Source of the DNA: Rhina ancylostomus
Lineage: Eukaryota
Assembly: GCA_030265395.1 (NCBI GenBank)
Contig: JARFYF010000056.1
Span: forward strand, 21,758,441-21,822,440
DNA: 64,000 bases
Direction: 5' to 3'
Below are positions 12,530 through 24,410 of this stretch, one piece after another. Each line of letters starts with the position of its first letter. Position 1 is the stretch's first letter. The translations under genes were made by a program, and so were the position numbers. The notes beneath the pieces were generated by a model. That model did not search any database, had not been told where the DNA came from, and was given only the letters and a program-made list of their open reading frames with translations.

Positions 12530-13020
12530 CTCTAATTCCTCCAAATTATTTTCTTTCAAGTGCCCATTCAATTCTCTTTTGAAAGCCCTGGCTTATTCTG
12601 TTTCCACCACACTTACTGGCAGCAATATCGAGATCACCACCAACCTCTGTATGAAATAGTCTATCCTCAGTGCACCATGTTTTTGTCCATCACTTCCAAT
12701 TTGTGTTTTTTGGTTCTTGAACCATCCATTAATGGAAACAGCTTCTCTTTATTCAACCGATCTAAATCTATCATGATTTGTTCTCCTCAATCAAAGCTCC
12801 TCTCAAGCTATTTTGCTCCAAGGAGAACAAGCCCAGCTTTTCCAGTCGAACCCTTTAGTTGAAAATTCTTAACCTGAAACCATTCAAGTAAATATCTTCA
12901 GCTCCCTTTCGAGGGCCCTCACATTCATCTTAAAGTGTAATGATCGGAACTGGATAAAATACTAAAGTTGTAACCTAACCAGTGTTTTATAAAAGGGTCA
13001 GCACGATATCCATGCTTTTC
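12530..13020 (-). mobile_element. CR1 LINE 3' part (old); continues at 14710-14785 after the Tx1 insertion
   Basis: CR1 C-terminal features in reverse complement; 14710-14785 encodes IRVCVHKSLKVAGDVERAVSEACGSIGF, the upstream continuation. Confidence 0.7.
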
Positions 13021-13024
13021 AGAT

Positions 13025-14709
13025 AGTTTGCTCAAGTCTGGAGCAGTGCAAGTTTGCACACTCTCCTGTCTTGGCTGTGTGTTGTATTGAACCTTTTGCC
13101 AAATTCATCAGGAAGGATGAGGGTATCAGAGGGGTGATGTTACCAGGCAGTGGGGGCACCCAGTCAGAGCCTCCCTGCACATGGATGACATTGCAGTCTT
13201 CTGCTTGGACCCATGGTTGGTCCACAGATTGATCAACATCTGCGATCAATTTGAATTGGCATCAGGGGCCAGAGTCAACCACAAGGGCGAGGCAGACCCG
13301 ACCGGTCCACCATCCCCTTCACTGTCGAGCTGGACTACCTGAGGGTTCTGGGGATCTGACTCGGAGGGGTTGAAGCATGTAAGAAGAATTGACTGGCAAG
13401 ATTAGACAAAAATTGGGGCTGTGGGAGAGGTGCTTCGTCTTGATAACCAGTAAGAACCTGCTCATCAGATGCAAGGTGCTCTTGATGCTGCTGCACCTGG
13501 TGCAAGGGTGGCCATTCCCCACTCCTCCGGCCTGGCCATCACTCATGCCACCTTCCGGTTCATCTCCAAGATGGAATGGATCTGATGGGTTGCAATACAC
13601 GAGTCCGTGGACAATGGGAGCAAAAATATACCCATCACCCTCAACGCGATGGCCACCTATGTGTGTGGCTTAATCAGGCTGTACTTGAAACCAAAGTATG
13701 TGGGCACCAGATGTCACTATGTGCTGAGGTTCTACCTGACCCCAGTGCTGCAAAGGATGGGCCTGGCACCATTATCACGCAACATCCCAGTCAACTGGAC
13801 ATTGCTGCACAACCTGTCCTTTACAGAAAAGTTCTTGCAGAAAAAACACCTTGGATCACAAGTCCATCAGGTACTGGTCTGCTCAGAATATCCTGCAGAT
13901 ACTGTGGGATAAAGACATGATGGATCTTGTGGGGTGGTTCCCTGAGCAGACCGTTCAAACCATCCAGCAGAATGCCTCTTTGCCAGAACTTACCAACAAG
14001 TACCAAGACCTCATTGGCTGGCAGTGAGAGGAGCCCTCCCTTCAGATTCTTCCTGTCCGGTCAGAATCTCACTCCCAATGCATGCTACCCTCAGGACAGC
14101 TGTGAGGAGGAGACGATAGTCATCCACCTCTTTGCAGACAGTGTATTTGCAAAGGGTTTTTGGAGAAGGATGCAAGAGTCCATGTCACGGTTCAACTCGA
14201 GCAGCCGCGTAACAGAGGACTCTGATCCACAGGCTGTTCCCATGGACTCGCACCAAGATAGATGGCAAGCACTGCTGGAAGATCAACTCGCTGAAAGACG
14301 CTCTCTGGTCTGCCCGAAACTTGTTGGTCTCCCAGAAGAACAAAATGCCCATCAGGGAAAGCTGCATTCCAAACTGCAGGAGTACGTGTTGAGGGACGCA
14401 CTGAAGCTCAGTGCAACCAATGCAAAGGCTCTCTGGGGAAGGACTGTTGTCGAAGGTCCTTCTGCCACAGGACATTGAGGGGCTGGGTCCAGTGTGGAAG
14501 CCCGTAAAACAAATGAAGTTAATATCACCCCAGGAGGCCACAAGTGTCAATGGTGCTATGTATACAGAATGTGCTAACACTACTTTTGTATGGAACAAAT
14601 AACAATGATTGAATAGACTGAACAAAACAACAAATGTAAAATGCCATGAACTGTTTTTTTTTGTACCTGTATATTTTTATGAATAAAGTTTATTTTTAAA
14701 AATCAAAAA
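13025..14709 (+). mobile_element. Tx1/L1-clade LINE, 5'-truncated (RT end, zf-RVT, 3' UTR)
   Basis: LSPVL-VCCIEPFAKFIRKDEGIRGV-LPGSGG...ASLHMDDIAVFC (YxDD box); KIRQKLGLW; C--ET--HLF---FAK-FW zinc-finger remnant; ends ATGAATAAAGTTTATTTTTAAAAATCAAAAA. Confidence 0.9.
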
Positions 14710-14792
14710 TCTTTTAGTGAACCCAATAGACCCACATGCTTCACTAACTGCTCTCTCAACATCTCCTGCGACTTTCAACGATTTATGAACAC

Positions 14793-15745
14793 AAACCCTG
14801 ATCCATAGAGTCATTGAGCAAGACAGCACAGATACAGGCCGTTGGGCCCAACCAGTCCATGCCGACCACAGCTGCCAACCAACTAGTCCCAATTTCCTGC
14901 ATTCAGCCCATATCCCTCTAAGCCCCAACCCGCCCTGTACCTATCCAAAGTGCTTCTTAAATGATACTATTGTATCTCCCTCAACTTCCTCTGGCAGCTC
15001 ATTCTGTAGACTCACCACCCTCTTCATGTAAAAGTTGCCCCTCAGGTCCCTTTCAAATCTTTCCCTTCTCGCCCAAAACCTATGCCCCATAGTTTTGGAC
15101 TCCCCTACCCTGGGGAAACAAACTGTTACCATCCATCTTATCTATGCATCTCATAATTTTAAACCAAGTCACCCCTCATTCTCTAATATTCCAAGGAATA
15201 AAGACCTAGCCTGGCCAATCTCTCCCTACAGCTCAGGTCTTCTCGTCCTGGCAACATTCTTGTAAATCCTGTCTGCATTCTTTCCAGTTTAACCACGTCT
15301 TTTCTGTAATTGGGTGACCAAAACTAAACACAGTATTCCAAGTGCTGTCATGGTTCTGAGTTCTGGCCCTCAATTTGGCTCATTAATGCCTTGTTGTCCA
15401 GCACATGGATTCCATGCTGNNNNNNNNNNNNNNNNNNNNNNNNNNNNNNNNNNNNNNNNNNNNNNNNNNNNNNNNNNNNNNNNNNNNNNNNNNNNNNNNN
15501 NNNNNNNNNNNNNNNNNNNTATCCTGACTCCAGTCGTGTATTGGTGTGCCGCATTTGGGTTCTCTGTGAGTTTGATCTGGATCAACACTGTGACAAGTGC
15601 AGCCTCACCAGTAACTTATACAACTGTAACATAATGTCCCAATTCCTATACTCAATGCCCTGACTGAAGGCCAGCATGTCAAATGCCTTTTTCAACACAC
15701 TATCTACCTGTGATGCCACTTTCAATGAATTATGCACTTGTTCCT
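14793..15745 (-). mobile_element. CR1 LINE 3' part (younger), interrupted by a solo LTR
   Basis: Tail CATAGAGTCATTGAGCAAGACAGCACAGATACAGGCC; encodes FPRVGESKTMGHRF...RGNFYMKRVVSLQNELPEEV; resumes collinearly at 15601. Confidence 0.9.
15346..15595. mobile_element. Probable solo LTR (Gypsy/BEL type); contains 100-N gap
   Basis: TGTCA...TGACA termini with an exact 5-bp TSD AGTGC (15341-15345, 15596-15600) that splits the CR1. Confidence 0.75.
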
Positions 15746-15955
15746 GCACATCTATTGGAACTGTGCAATTTTGTCTCTCCTTGTTCTCTCAATATTAGGG
15801 GCAAGATGACACCAACTGATCTGAACAAATAAATTTATTCTACATCACCAACACTGCCACCACCTCACCTTCCAACAAGCTGCCTGATCCCCCCAAGAAA
15901 AGCAATGGAGTAATCATACAGCTACTGTTCAAGGTACAAAGTCCCCATCACTCAC

Positions 15956-16087
15956 TGCTTTTGCATCATTCCTGAATTGACAACTTTTTTGGGAGCACCG
16001 TCAGTATTTTCCTGAAGCTGCTTTTCCTGCTTTGTGGGTCGGCTTTTATATTTAATCAGCATAAAGGTTGCAGATACAAGTTCTGAC
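15956..16087 (-). CDS. Candidate internal exon, unknown gene (SELVSATFMLIKYKSRPTKQEKQLQENTDGAPKKVVNSGMMQK)
   Basis: Acceptor CTCCCTTGCTTCCTATAACTTGAAG, donor GTGAGT, single open frame, phase 2-2. Confidence 0.2.
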
Positions 16088-16639
16088 CTTCAAGTTATAG
16101 GAAGCAAGGGAGTTATAATTGACCTCTGTCCATTGTGGAAGAGAGAGTAAACGTGATAAAATAGTTATTCAGGGTGTCCACATTTTACTGGCATCTCCTG
16201 AACTCTTCAAAAAGATGCCTGTGTGTGAATGTCAGACAAGGGCTGGATGCTGTTTTGTCCGTCATGTCCTTGATGGTTGAACAGTCTGGCAACACTCGCA
16301 TGTTTTTAATCTCACGTAAAGAATGTCTGTTTAGGTGAAATGCGGAGGGACTGTCAGCTCTTTCAAAGCAAGAAGTGTCCAGCGTTTAAGAAGAAAGGAA
16401 CAGATCCCTGCATTTGCCAGAATTAGCTTCGACAACAGCCAAAACGCACTGCTGTCAAAACAAGAATCAAACAGTGCGAGCGTAGGAATCCTCTGATCCA
16501 CCGACTGGTGAGTCTGAGTGCGCAGAGTGAACTGGAATCTCCTTCAGTGCTGCCAACATCAATGTGATGTCGCAATTCCAGCATAAAAATAGGCAAATAT
16601 TTTTGCTGCAAGAAACCCTCATTCTACCTCTCTTGGATA

Positions 16640-16745
16640 GAGCAACAGAGTGCATGCTTCAAGTCATAGACCCTTCATCAGTACTAGTAACCTGAACTGG
16701 TAACTCCATTTCTCTTTCCATCTCTGCTGACATCTCTTATTTCAA
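16640..16745. mobile_element. Penelope-like fragment with hammerhead-like core
   Basis: Minus strand CTGATGA-AGGGTC-TAT-GACTT-GAAG; short degenerate opposite arm follows. Confidence 0.5.
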
Positions 16746-17044
16746 TCATTGCACTGCAAACATCAAAAAATTAATTTCTGACATTCAAAGTGCCTGATGC
16801 AACATTTATAAAACAGATCACTGGTTGTAACAGGCTGCATATATGAACAAATTTACACTCCATTATTTTGGTTTTGGTAAGTGTTTGGTAAGGTTTGTTA
16901 CATTTCAACACAGCAGAGAAATCTTCTTGGCAACAACAAGTCAACCATCAGGCTTAATCTCGACACCGAGTGAAGGGTGCTAACAGAGACTACTGTTTTT
17001 ACAGGCTGATCCTTTATCAGTGATGGCTGCTGTCAGCTCTGGCC

Positions 17045-17611
17045 TTCTCTTGAATTCCTACAGTTGCTCTACAGGAAGTATTCTGACTGGTTGCACCTCA
17101 GCCTGGACTGGCAACTGCTCTGTTCTTAACCAACTGAATCTGCAGAGAGTGGTAAACACAGACCAGTCCATCACAGATTCCTGCCACTTCTTTTCATCCA
17201 GTAAGTCTACACCATGCATTGCTTCAGGAAGGCTAGTGGCATTGTCAAGGACATCTGCCACCTCTCTCCCTTTCTTCTGTGAGAAGATACAGAATCTTGA
17301 AAGCCAGACGTCCAAACTTAAGAACAGCTTCTTCCCCACTGACATCAGACTCCTGAACCAATCACCTCTTTCTCATCCCCTTCCTGGTGATGCCGCCACA
17401 TTCTTGGACCCAACTCTACCTCTCTTGGTTTTTCTATTATTGTCACTTGAGTATTCTTTTTGCATGCCTGCAGATTGCACCATTCTGCTGTTTTGCACTC
17501 ATTCATGTATTTATTATCATCATGTACACCGTTTACTCTGTGAGCTTCATGCGAACAAGGAATTTCATTGCACCCTGGTGTACTTGACAATGAACTAAAC
17601 CAATCTAATCT
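17045..17611 (+). mobile_element. Rex-Babar-type LINE, 3' fragment
   Basis: SILTGCTSAWTGNCS...LQRVVNTDQSIT...KLKNSFFPTDIRLLN; tail GAATTTCATTGCACCCTGGTGTACTTGACAATGAAC. Confidence 0.85.
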
Positions 17612-18182
17612 CAAGAATGCAGTTAATCAAAGTGGTCTTCAGTAAGACTGGTATAATTATATGCAGACAGCCTACTCTCACTCTCTGTGAGTCAAACAGT
17701 CACACCTGGAGATGCACCACATAGTCATCACAGTAACCTCTCTGCCAAATGCTGCCAATACACACCTCCCCTCCCCACCCTCAACCAAATCACCACAAAT
17801 AGCCCATCTTCAAGGGCAAGAGATTATAGACTTTAGACTGCAGGCGAGAGTTTAATGTAAATTTTTAAATGAGACCAGTGTAAGTCTGTGGGACACTTCT
17901 TCCACATAGCTGGAGTAACATTCAGAAAATGATGCCGAGGTTCCTAAGCCACCACGTGGCTTCATTGAAACAATAGTTTCTCTCTTTGGTATCTTCAAAA
18001 CTGCATCAGGGATGAAGATTACTTACCACAGCACAAGCAGAGTGGATAATTGTCCACTTGTACATGAAGTATTTAAATGTTCTGTATCCCTTTCAGACAT
18101 TGTTTAGAATCACCCATATTTCTTGGGACTGGTGAAATCTGGAGAGCCTCATCACTGGGTCACGGACGAGTACCTTCCTTCA

Positions 18183-18280
18183 AATCAGAATCAGAATCAG
18201 GTTTATAATCATTTACATATGTCTTGAAATTGCTGTTTCGTGGCAGCAGTACAGTGCAAGATAAAGACATAAATATTATG
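18183..18280 (-). mobile_element. Rex-Babar 3' tail with (TTCTGA)n end
   Basis: AATCAGAATCAGAATCAGGTTTATAATC...GGCAGCAGTACAGTGCAA mirrors 1800-1880. Confidence 0.75.
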
Positions 18281-18569
18281 TGTTTTCAGTTGAGACTTTA
18301 TTCCATTCTGTTTCACTGTTGAAATAGAGAAGTGTAGCAGGGCAAGGAGGAGTATGTGATGAGCTGAGGAGTGGGGCAAGGTCCCCCATGGATTGTCAGG
18401 TGTGGGTTGTTCACACAACCTTTCTGCAAGTTGTCGCATTTCGGTCGACATGAAGAGGGGTGGTATTTGACGGTACCAAGAGCCACTGGGTGGGAGCTGA
18501 ATTTGAGGTTTCAGTAACTGCCATGTAGTTGAATTTAGCAGATCATTGTGAGCTAGTGACAATTGGAAA

Positions 18570-19140
18570 CAGAAGTATAGGAGAAACAGATGCAAAATTA
18601 AACCATTCAGCCACTCACTCGTGCTCTGGCATTCACAGAGATCACAGCTGATCTCATTCTCAGTGCCACCTCCCTGCACTGGCCTGAAATCTCTCGATAC
18701 TCTAATTATGCAAAATTATGTTGATTATACGTAGTGACAGGGCCACCACAACTCTTGAGACAGAACTTCAAAGCTTCACTACCCTCTGGGTGAAGAGATT
18801 TTTCCCTGGACGACTGGCCGCTTATTTTGAGATTATTGGAACCAGGGGTCACAATCACCTCTGACAGGGGAAACATCATCCTTGCATCTACCCTGTAAGA
18901 CTTTAGTAAGTTTCAATGAGATCTCCTCTCATTCTTCTGAACGCAAGACTAGAAGAAAAGCTGATTTAAAATTGCCATTCCAGGAATCAATCACTGCTCC
19001 CTCACCCCCTCTGTCACAAGTATATCTTTCATTAGGTTGAAAAAGTAGTTTCAACAGAGTTTTATGTAATCACAGCAAGAAAGCTCTGCTCTTGTATGCC
19101 AATTCTCTTATAATAAAGTCTAATCAACTTCTAATTTGCT
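18570..19140 (-). mobile_element. CR1 LINE 3' part, degenerate
   Basis: Collinear with 9505-10020 (GGGAAACATC...GCATCTACCCTGT, TTCAATGAGATCTCCTCTCATTCTTCT). Confidence 0.7.
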
Positions 19141-19559
19141 TTCTGAACGAGTAAATCACTGGGTAGTGGGGAAGTGCCACAAGGATGTGAAATGCCCTAA
19201 TGCAGATGATGACAAAAAGTAGTTGGTCTTATTTTGGTTATCTAGGAGGAAGTAGCTACAGGAGTAAATCTGGCAATTCTCTCTGCAACGACAATCTGGT
19301 CCTCAGCACTTCATCTGCTTCTTAATGTGGTAAGCAGTCTCCGAAAGTCCTCCGATTTCTCCAAGAGAGTGTGGACCAGATGAATATGGCAACAGCATTG
19401 TGCACATTTTTGAACGTTAGCAATCATGCTATTACTAGAACTGTGCAAAATAAACTTGGGTATGGATTTGAAGGGATATAGAAAACCCGGCATGTTGGTT
19501 CGCTAAATGATGTTATGATGGGGAAGAAAAATGAATTGGCATGTCCCAGGGTTGGGTTC

Positions 19560-20420
19560 AATATTTAGGACAATTACAAAAAGGTGGAAGTGGTGCTGGA
19601 GGATTGGAGGGCTGCTGATGTACTATCGTTCAAAAGGGAGGAAGAGATCAGCAAAGTGATTAAAGACCCATTTGTTCAATTTCAATGACAGGCAATTTAT
19701 TGGGATCAGTTCTTGCCGATGGTGTCAGCCCTCAATTAATTCAAAGACAGTGATTGTGGATTTGTTAAGGGAAGATCACATCTCACTAAATTGATTGAAT
19801 TTTTTTTTTGCAGTAACAGCAATGATTGATCAGAGCAGTGTGCGTGATGTAGCCGGCATGGATTTCAGTGTGGCGTTTTGACAAGCTGGTCAAAAAAAGT
19901 AAAAGTCCATGGGATGAAAGGGAGAATGGGAAATTGGATCCAAAACTAACTCAATAACGACCAGAGGGGAATGACTGTTGGGTGCTTTTGTGACCAGAAG
20001 ATTCTTACTGCTGGGGTTCCACAGGGCTGAATACTCGGTCCTTGCTTTCTTCTTCATGACTTGGATTTAAACATAGGGTATGCAACAAAGAAGTCTGCAA
20101 ATGATACTAAAAGTGACTTTGTGGTTGACAGAGAGGAGAAGAGCTTTACCCTGCAGGGGAAGAGAGGCGTGTGGTCAGTTGGGCAGAAAATGGCAAATGG
20201 AATACAAAGTGTGAGGTAATTTATTGGGCAACAGCTCAAAGCAATGTACAGTTAATGGGAGGATAATGAGAACAATGAAGAAAGAGTGCATATGCCGATA
20301 GATCCATTTTGGTGGCAGGACGGGTCTATAAGGTGGTTAGAAAGGCAAACAGATACCTCACTTTATTAGCACAAGAGCTCACGATCAGGGACCTTATGGT
20401 AAAATACCAAAGGTTCAGCC
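19560..20420 (+). mobile_element. CR1 LINE RT region, degenerate
   Basis: EDWRAADV...FKR; GFVKGRSHLTKLIEFF; GVPQG--LGP; decayed ADDT box. Confidence 0.8.
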
Positions 20421-20464
20421 ACAGTTTGGGTTCTGTGGAATGTTCCACATACGATGTTACAGGA

Positions 20465-20660
20465 AACTCCCACCAACTCCCAACCCCTCTCTCCAGATTC
20501 TACCACTCACCGACAAACTTGGAGCCAAATAACCTACCAACCCACACATGTTTAGAATGAGGTAAGAAACCAGAGCACCCAAAAAAGCCCACATGATCAC
20601 AGAGAGAACATGCAAACTCCACACAGATAGCACTTAGAGGTCACAATTAAACTCGTCTGC
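20465..20660 (-). mobile_element. V-SINE
   Basis: GAAACCAGAGCACCC...GAGAACATGCAAACTCCACACAGA (V-domain reverse complement). Confidence 0.75.
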
Positions 20661-21144
20661 CCTCATGAATGTTGCCCTCACATTGTGGGGTTATGTTTAA
20701 ACAGCTATACCCTCACAAAGCCTGAATTAGGAAGATGTGACTCACATGAATATTGTCTCCTTGCTTCTGATTACACCAACTGGAACCATGCAAATTTTCT
20801 TTAATATCGTCACTTTGAATGAATTCTTTTGGCATTTCCAGATTTCCTTTAGAGAACACTCTGACTAAGATCATGACGCGGAAAAATATATATTGCAAGA
20901 AAGAGGTCAGAGACTGACAACTTGTCATTTTCATTTTACATTATTCTCCATAAAACTCTTTGTGGAAAATTCATGTAGCTTACATTGCAATGGGTCTCCT
21001 GTGACTTCGTCCTTCCCCTTTGATGTAGAGTGTAAGTTAAATGGAAATGAGTGCAGGTAGGAGAGTAAGATGTGAGCATCTTTTCAGCACTTACCTTAAA
21101 TAATTGCTACTTGCACCGATATTAGGTCAATGTGAAGCATTATC

Positions 21145-21240
21145 TGAGTTTCTCTCTCCCAAGATTCTGCCTGATCTCCTGAGTTTGTTCAGCATTTGCT
21201 GTTTTTATTTCAGATTTCCAGCGTCTGCAGTTTTTTAAAA
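21145..21240 (+). mobile_element. Penelope-like 3' arm
   Basis: CTGCCTGATCTCCTGAGTTTGTTCAGCATTTGCTGTTTTTATTTCAGATTTCCAGCGTCTGCAG. Confidence 0.7.
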
Positions 21241-22794
21241 ATTCCTATTTACTCCTCTCACCTGAACCTTACTGAGATTTGAAAAATTCTTCCTGTAATT
21301 TGCAGGTTTTTTTCCCATTTGTTCCTCAAATGCCGTAGAATAATTTTCTCCATGGACTTGTTGAAACAAAGTATTATTTGGGTAAAAGAATGTCATATTC
21401 AGCAAATGCTGAAATCACCATCAGCTCAACAGTGCACAGGACAAGCAGCTGTGGAGGCATGAATGAATGAGGAACACCTCCACTACATTATCAAACCTTT
21501 GCGACACAGGGAAATGAATTTCTCAGAAGTACGAGCTGTGAAACTTGACAATGACTCTCATTCCACTGCACTTTGTGACATGTTCAAGAAACTGTGTGAC
21601 ACAAAACTGATTCTATATCACACATGCAGTTCTCCATTTGGAAGGAAGTGTTTCTACATTACATAATAAAGTCATTCAGTATCAGAATAAGATTCCTTCG
21701 CATTGACTCTTTGACTCCACTACTAATGTCCTAAATTCAGAGGTGTTGGTCTTGTTGCATGGTGGGTTCAATTCTAAATTAGCTTCATGTCATTTCTTGT
21801 ATCATGTCATCAAATTGACATAAAACACAACAAAGCCACAGACACAGAGGGAGATCACTGTAACTAGACATCACTCATTCTTCTAAACAACATGCAGCCT
21901 GGGATGTTCGGGACAAGTTGAAATGACGCTGAAAATAGTTGGGACGATTACAATGTGTGATCAACTTATGACAATTGCAAGAAGGCTGCAGAGGGTCATG
22001 GAGAGAGCTGGCAAAAGACTGCTGCTTGAGTGTTGACCCTTTCCATAATGCAGTTCCAGGTCTGTAAAAGCTAGTTCTGCCACCAGTTAACAATGGCCAT
22101 CACCTTCAGGTTGGTGAGGTTGAATATCATGCTGGAAACAAATAGTGGTCACTGTACATTCATTGACATTTAGAAAAGTTTTCCATGGGAATAATGCATC
22201 TGCCACAAATGAAAACCCCACCAGAAAGTCAGTGGTCACATTGTCCTTGAGGTACTAAGGCCCAGAAATACACAATGTTGCTCTCCTCCAAGGTTTGGAA
22301 ATTTTTAACTGCACAGCACTGCTTCATTTGTGAGGTGGGATGTCCACACCACGGAACCTTTTCATAATTTGGAGCAGAGATTCCAAAACTATTTTGCTGC
22401 ATCCTACTGCACAGAGATGAGATTTTGCTGCTCTTCCTCCCCTCATTTTCAATAACAATTGCAAACAGCAAGAAAAGCAAACTCTGCAGTTTTATCACCG
22501 TCTGCCTCTTTGAACTTTACCGACCCTTTCAGGATGTCCATTCCCAACTTGAATGAAGCAGCAAGCAGAGTCATTATCACCCAGAGCAGACAGGAAGGGC
22601 AGATCAATTGGTGGTAAAGCTGGAAACAAGCGAAAACCACCTTTATTTTGCTCAATCNNNNNNNNNNNNNNNNNNNNNNNNNNNNNNNNNNNNNNNNNNN
22701 NNNNNNNNNNNNNNNNNNNNNNNNNNNNNNNNNNNNNNNNNNNNNNNNNNNNNNNNNCACCTTTATTTTGCTCAATCACATTTTCAATCGAGTA

Positions 22795-23235
22795 GCACAA
22801 TGGCACAGTAGGTAATGTTACTGCCTCAGTTCCAACGATCCAGGTTTCATCCTGATCTACAGTGCTGCAAATGTGGAGTTTGCATTCCCCATTTGATGGT
22901 GTGGGTTTTGCTCCAGTGCTCGAGTTTCCTCCCACATCCCAAACACGTGATGGAAAGAAGAGACTGCAGATGTGAAATTTGGAGTAACAGTCCAGATGAA
23001 TGGTCTCGACCCAAAATGTTCACCGTCCATTTTCCCCAATAGATGCTGCCTGACCTGAGTTCTTCCAGCATCTTGTTTGTTGCTCCAAACATGTTATGGT
23101 TGGTAGCTTAATGGACAACTGAAAATTACTCCTTGTGTAGGTGAGTAGTAGAACAATCAGGAAGGAGTTGATTGGCACACAAGAGAGAATAAATTACAGG
23201 GAAATAGATGGGGGGTATGGGATTGCTCTGATGAA
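22795..23235 (+). mobile_element. V-SINE, interrupted by a Penelope-like element
   Basis: tRNA-like head ATGGCACAGTAGG..., V domain GTGGAGTTTGCATTCCCC...TTTCCTCCCACATCCCAAA; resumes at about 23100. Confidence 0.8.
22954..23084 (+). mobile_element. Penelope-like mini-element with diverged 15-bp TSD
   Basis: Flanks CCAAACACGTGATGG (22939-22953) and CCAAACATGTTATGG (23085-23099), 13/15 identical; core CAGATGAATGGTCTCGACCCAAAATGTT. Confidence 0.75.
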
Positions 23236-23271
23236 CCAAAGGCAACCTCCCTTGGTGTACGAAAATGAGAG

Positions 23272-23329
23272 GAGAGGTTTTCAGTTTGTCTCCTCCTTGG
23301 ACTCCATTGATGTACACGACGTTATCATC
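23272..23329 (+). repeat. 58-bp direct repeat, copy 1 (copy 2 at 24616-24673)
   Basis: GAGAGGTTTTCAGTTTGTCTCCTCCTTG[G/C]ACTCCATTGATGTACACGACGTTATCATC, one mismatch between copies. Confidence 0.9.
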
Positions 23330-23699
23330 NNNNNNNNNNNNNNNNNNNNNNNNNNNNNNNNNNNNNNNNNNNNNNNNNNNNNNNNNNNNNNNNNNNNNNN
23401 NNNNNNNNNNNNNNNNNNNNNNNNNNNNNTTCAGGAATGATTGATGCCTGGCCATTGGTTTAAATAAAACACTAATGGTGACGCTTTCATCCCACATAAG
23501 ATCATTTCTTTTTGATGCAGGACTTCCACAATGCAACAAAGGTAATAGAAAGGAAATATAACTCTTATGCTTTATTGAAGTCTACTGTATTAAATGTGCT
23601 TGCCTTCTCATCCTGTTTATTTATTCACATTTCCCATGGTGTAAATGAATGGCCAGATTTGTTTTCCATCCTCAAATTGTTTGCATGTATGGCATAATA

Positions 23700-23990
23700 T
23701 AGCTTAGTGGTAGCTCACTTGTCTAAGTCAAAGACATGAATGAAAACCAGATGCTGGAAATCTGAAATAAAAGCAGAAACTACTGGAAACACTCATCAAG
23801 TCAGGCAGCATCTGTGGAAGGAGAAACTGAGTTAACATTTCAGTTGAAGACACTCCCTCAGAATTGGGATGTGTACTTAAGCTTCATACCAGAGACTTCA
23901 GCTCATAATGTGGGCTGATATTTCAGTGCAGTATTTCACTGTCTGTTATGTCTTCAGCAAAACCCAGAAACCATGCTACCAACCTCACAG
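23700..23990 (+). mobile_element. Deu-domain SINE 5' part, split by a Penelope-like arm (about 23745-23865, minus)
   Basis: TTAGTGGTAGCTCACTTGTCTAAGTCA ... CCAGAGACTTCAGCTCATAATGTGGGCTGATATTTCAGTGCAGTA resembles a SacSINE/DeuSINE head. Confidence 0.55.
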
Positions 23991-24289
23991 ATTAGTGACT
24001 GAAAGTACAAAATGTTCAAGACTCTCTTGCTGACAAGGGAAGAGAATCAGAATGGATTATTCAGAGGATACTCTTTGGATTGACAGTTAGCTTAACTGCT
24101 AGCACAATGTAAAACCCTCCCTTCCCAGTGCTCCTTCCATAAGTGCCAGAATGATAAATCACAGAAAACATTTCAGTGTTCATCAGAAATATAGTCTGTA
24201 TCATTAAATAAAATATCTTAAATGAGAACATAGGTACGTTAGTGGAAACAACAATAAATTCTTCCATAATAAAAACACACAAAAGCTGT

Positions 24290-24410
24290 TTATCATAGAC
24301 CTTAACTGTTAACTGTTTTCCTCGCCATGATGCTGTCTTGCCTGCTGAGTATCCCTAGAATTTTGTTTTCATTTAGATTTCAAGCATCCGCAGTTTTTTT
24401 TTGGTTTTCA
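24290..24410 (+). mobile_element. Penelope-like 3' arm
   Basis: GTTAACTGTTTTCCTC...GATGCTGTCTTGCCTGCTGAGTATCC...GATTTCAAGCATCCGCAG. Confidence 0.65.
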
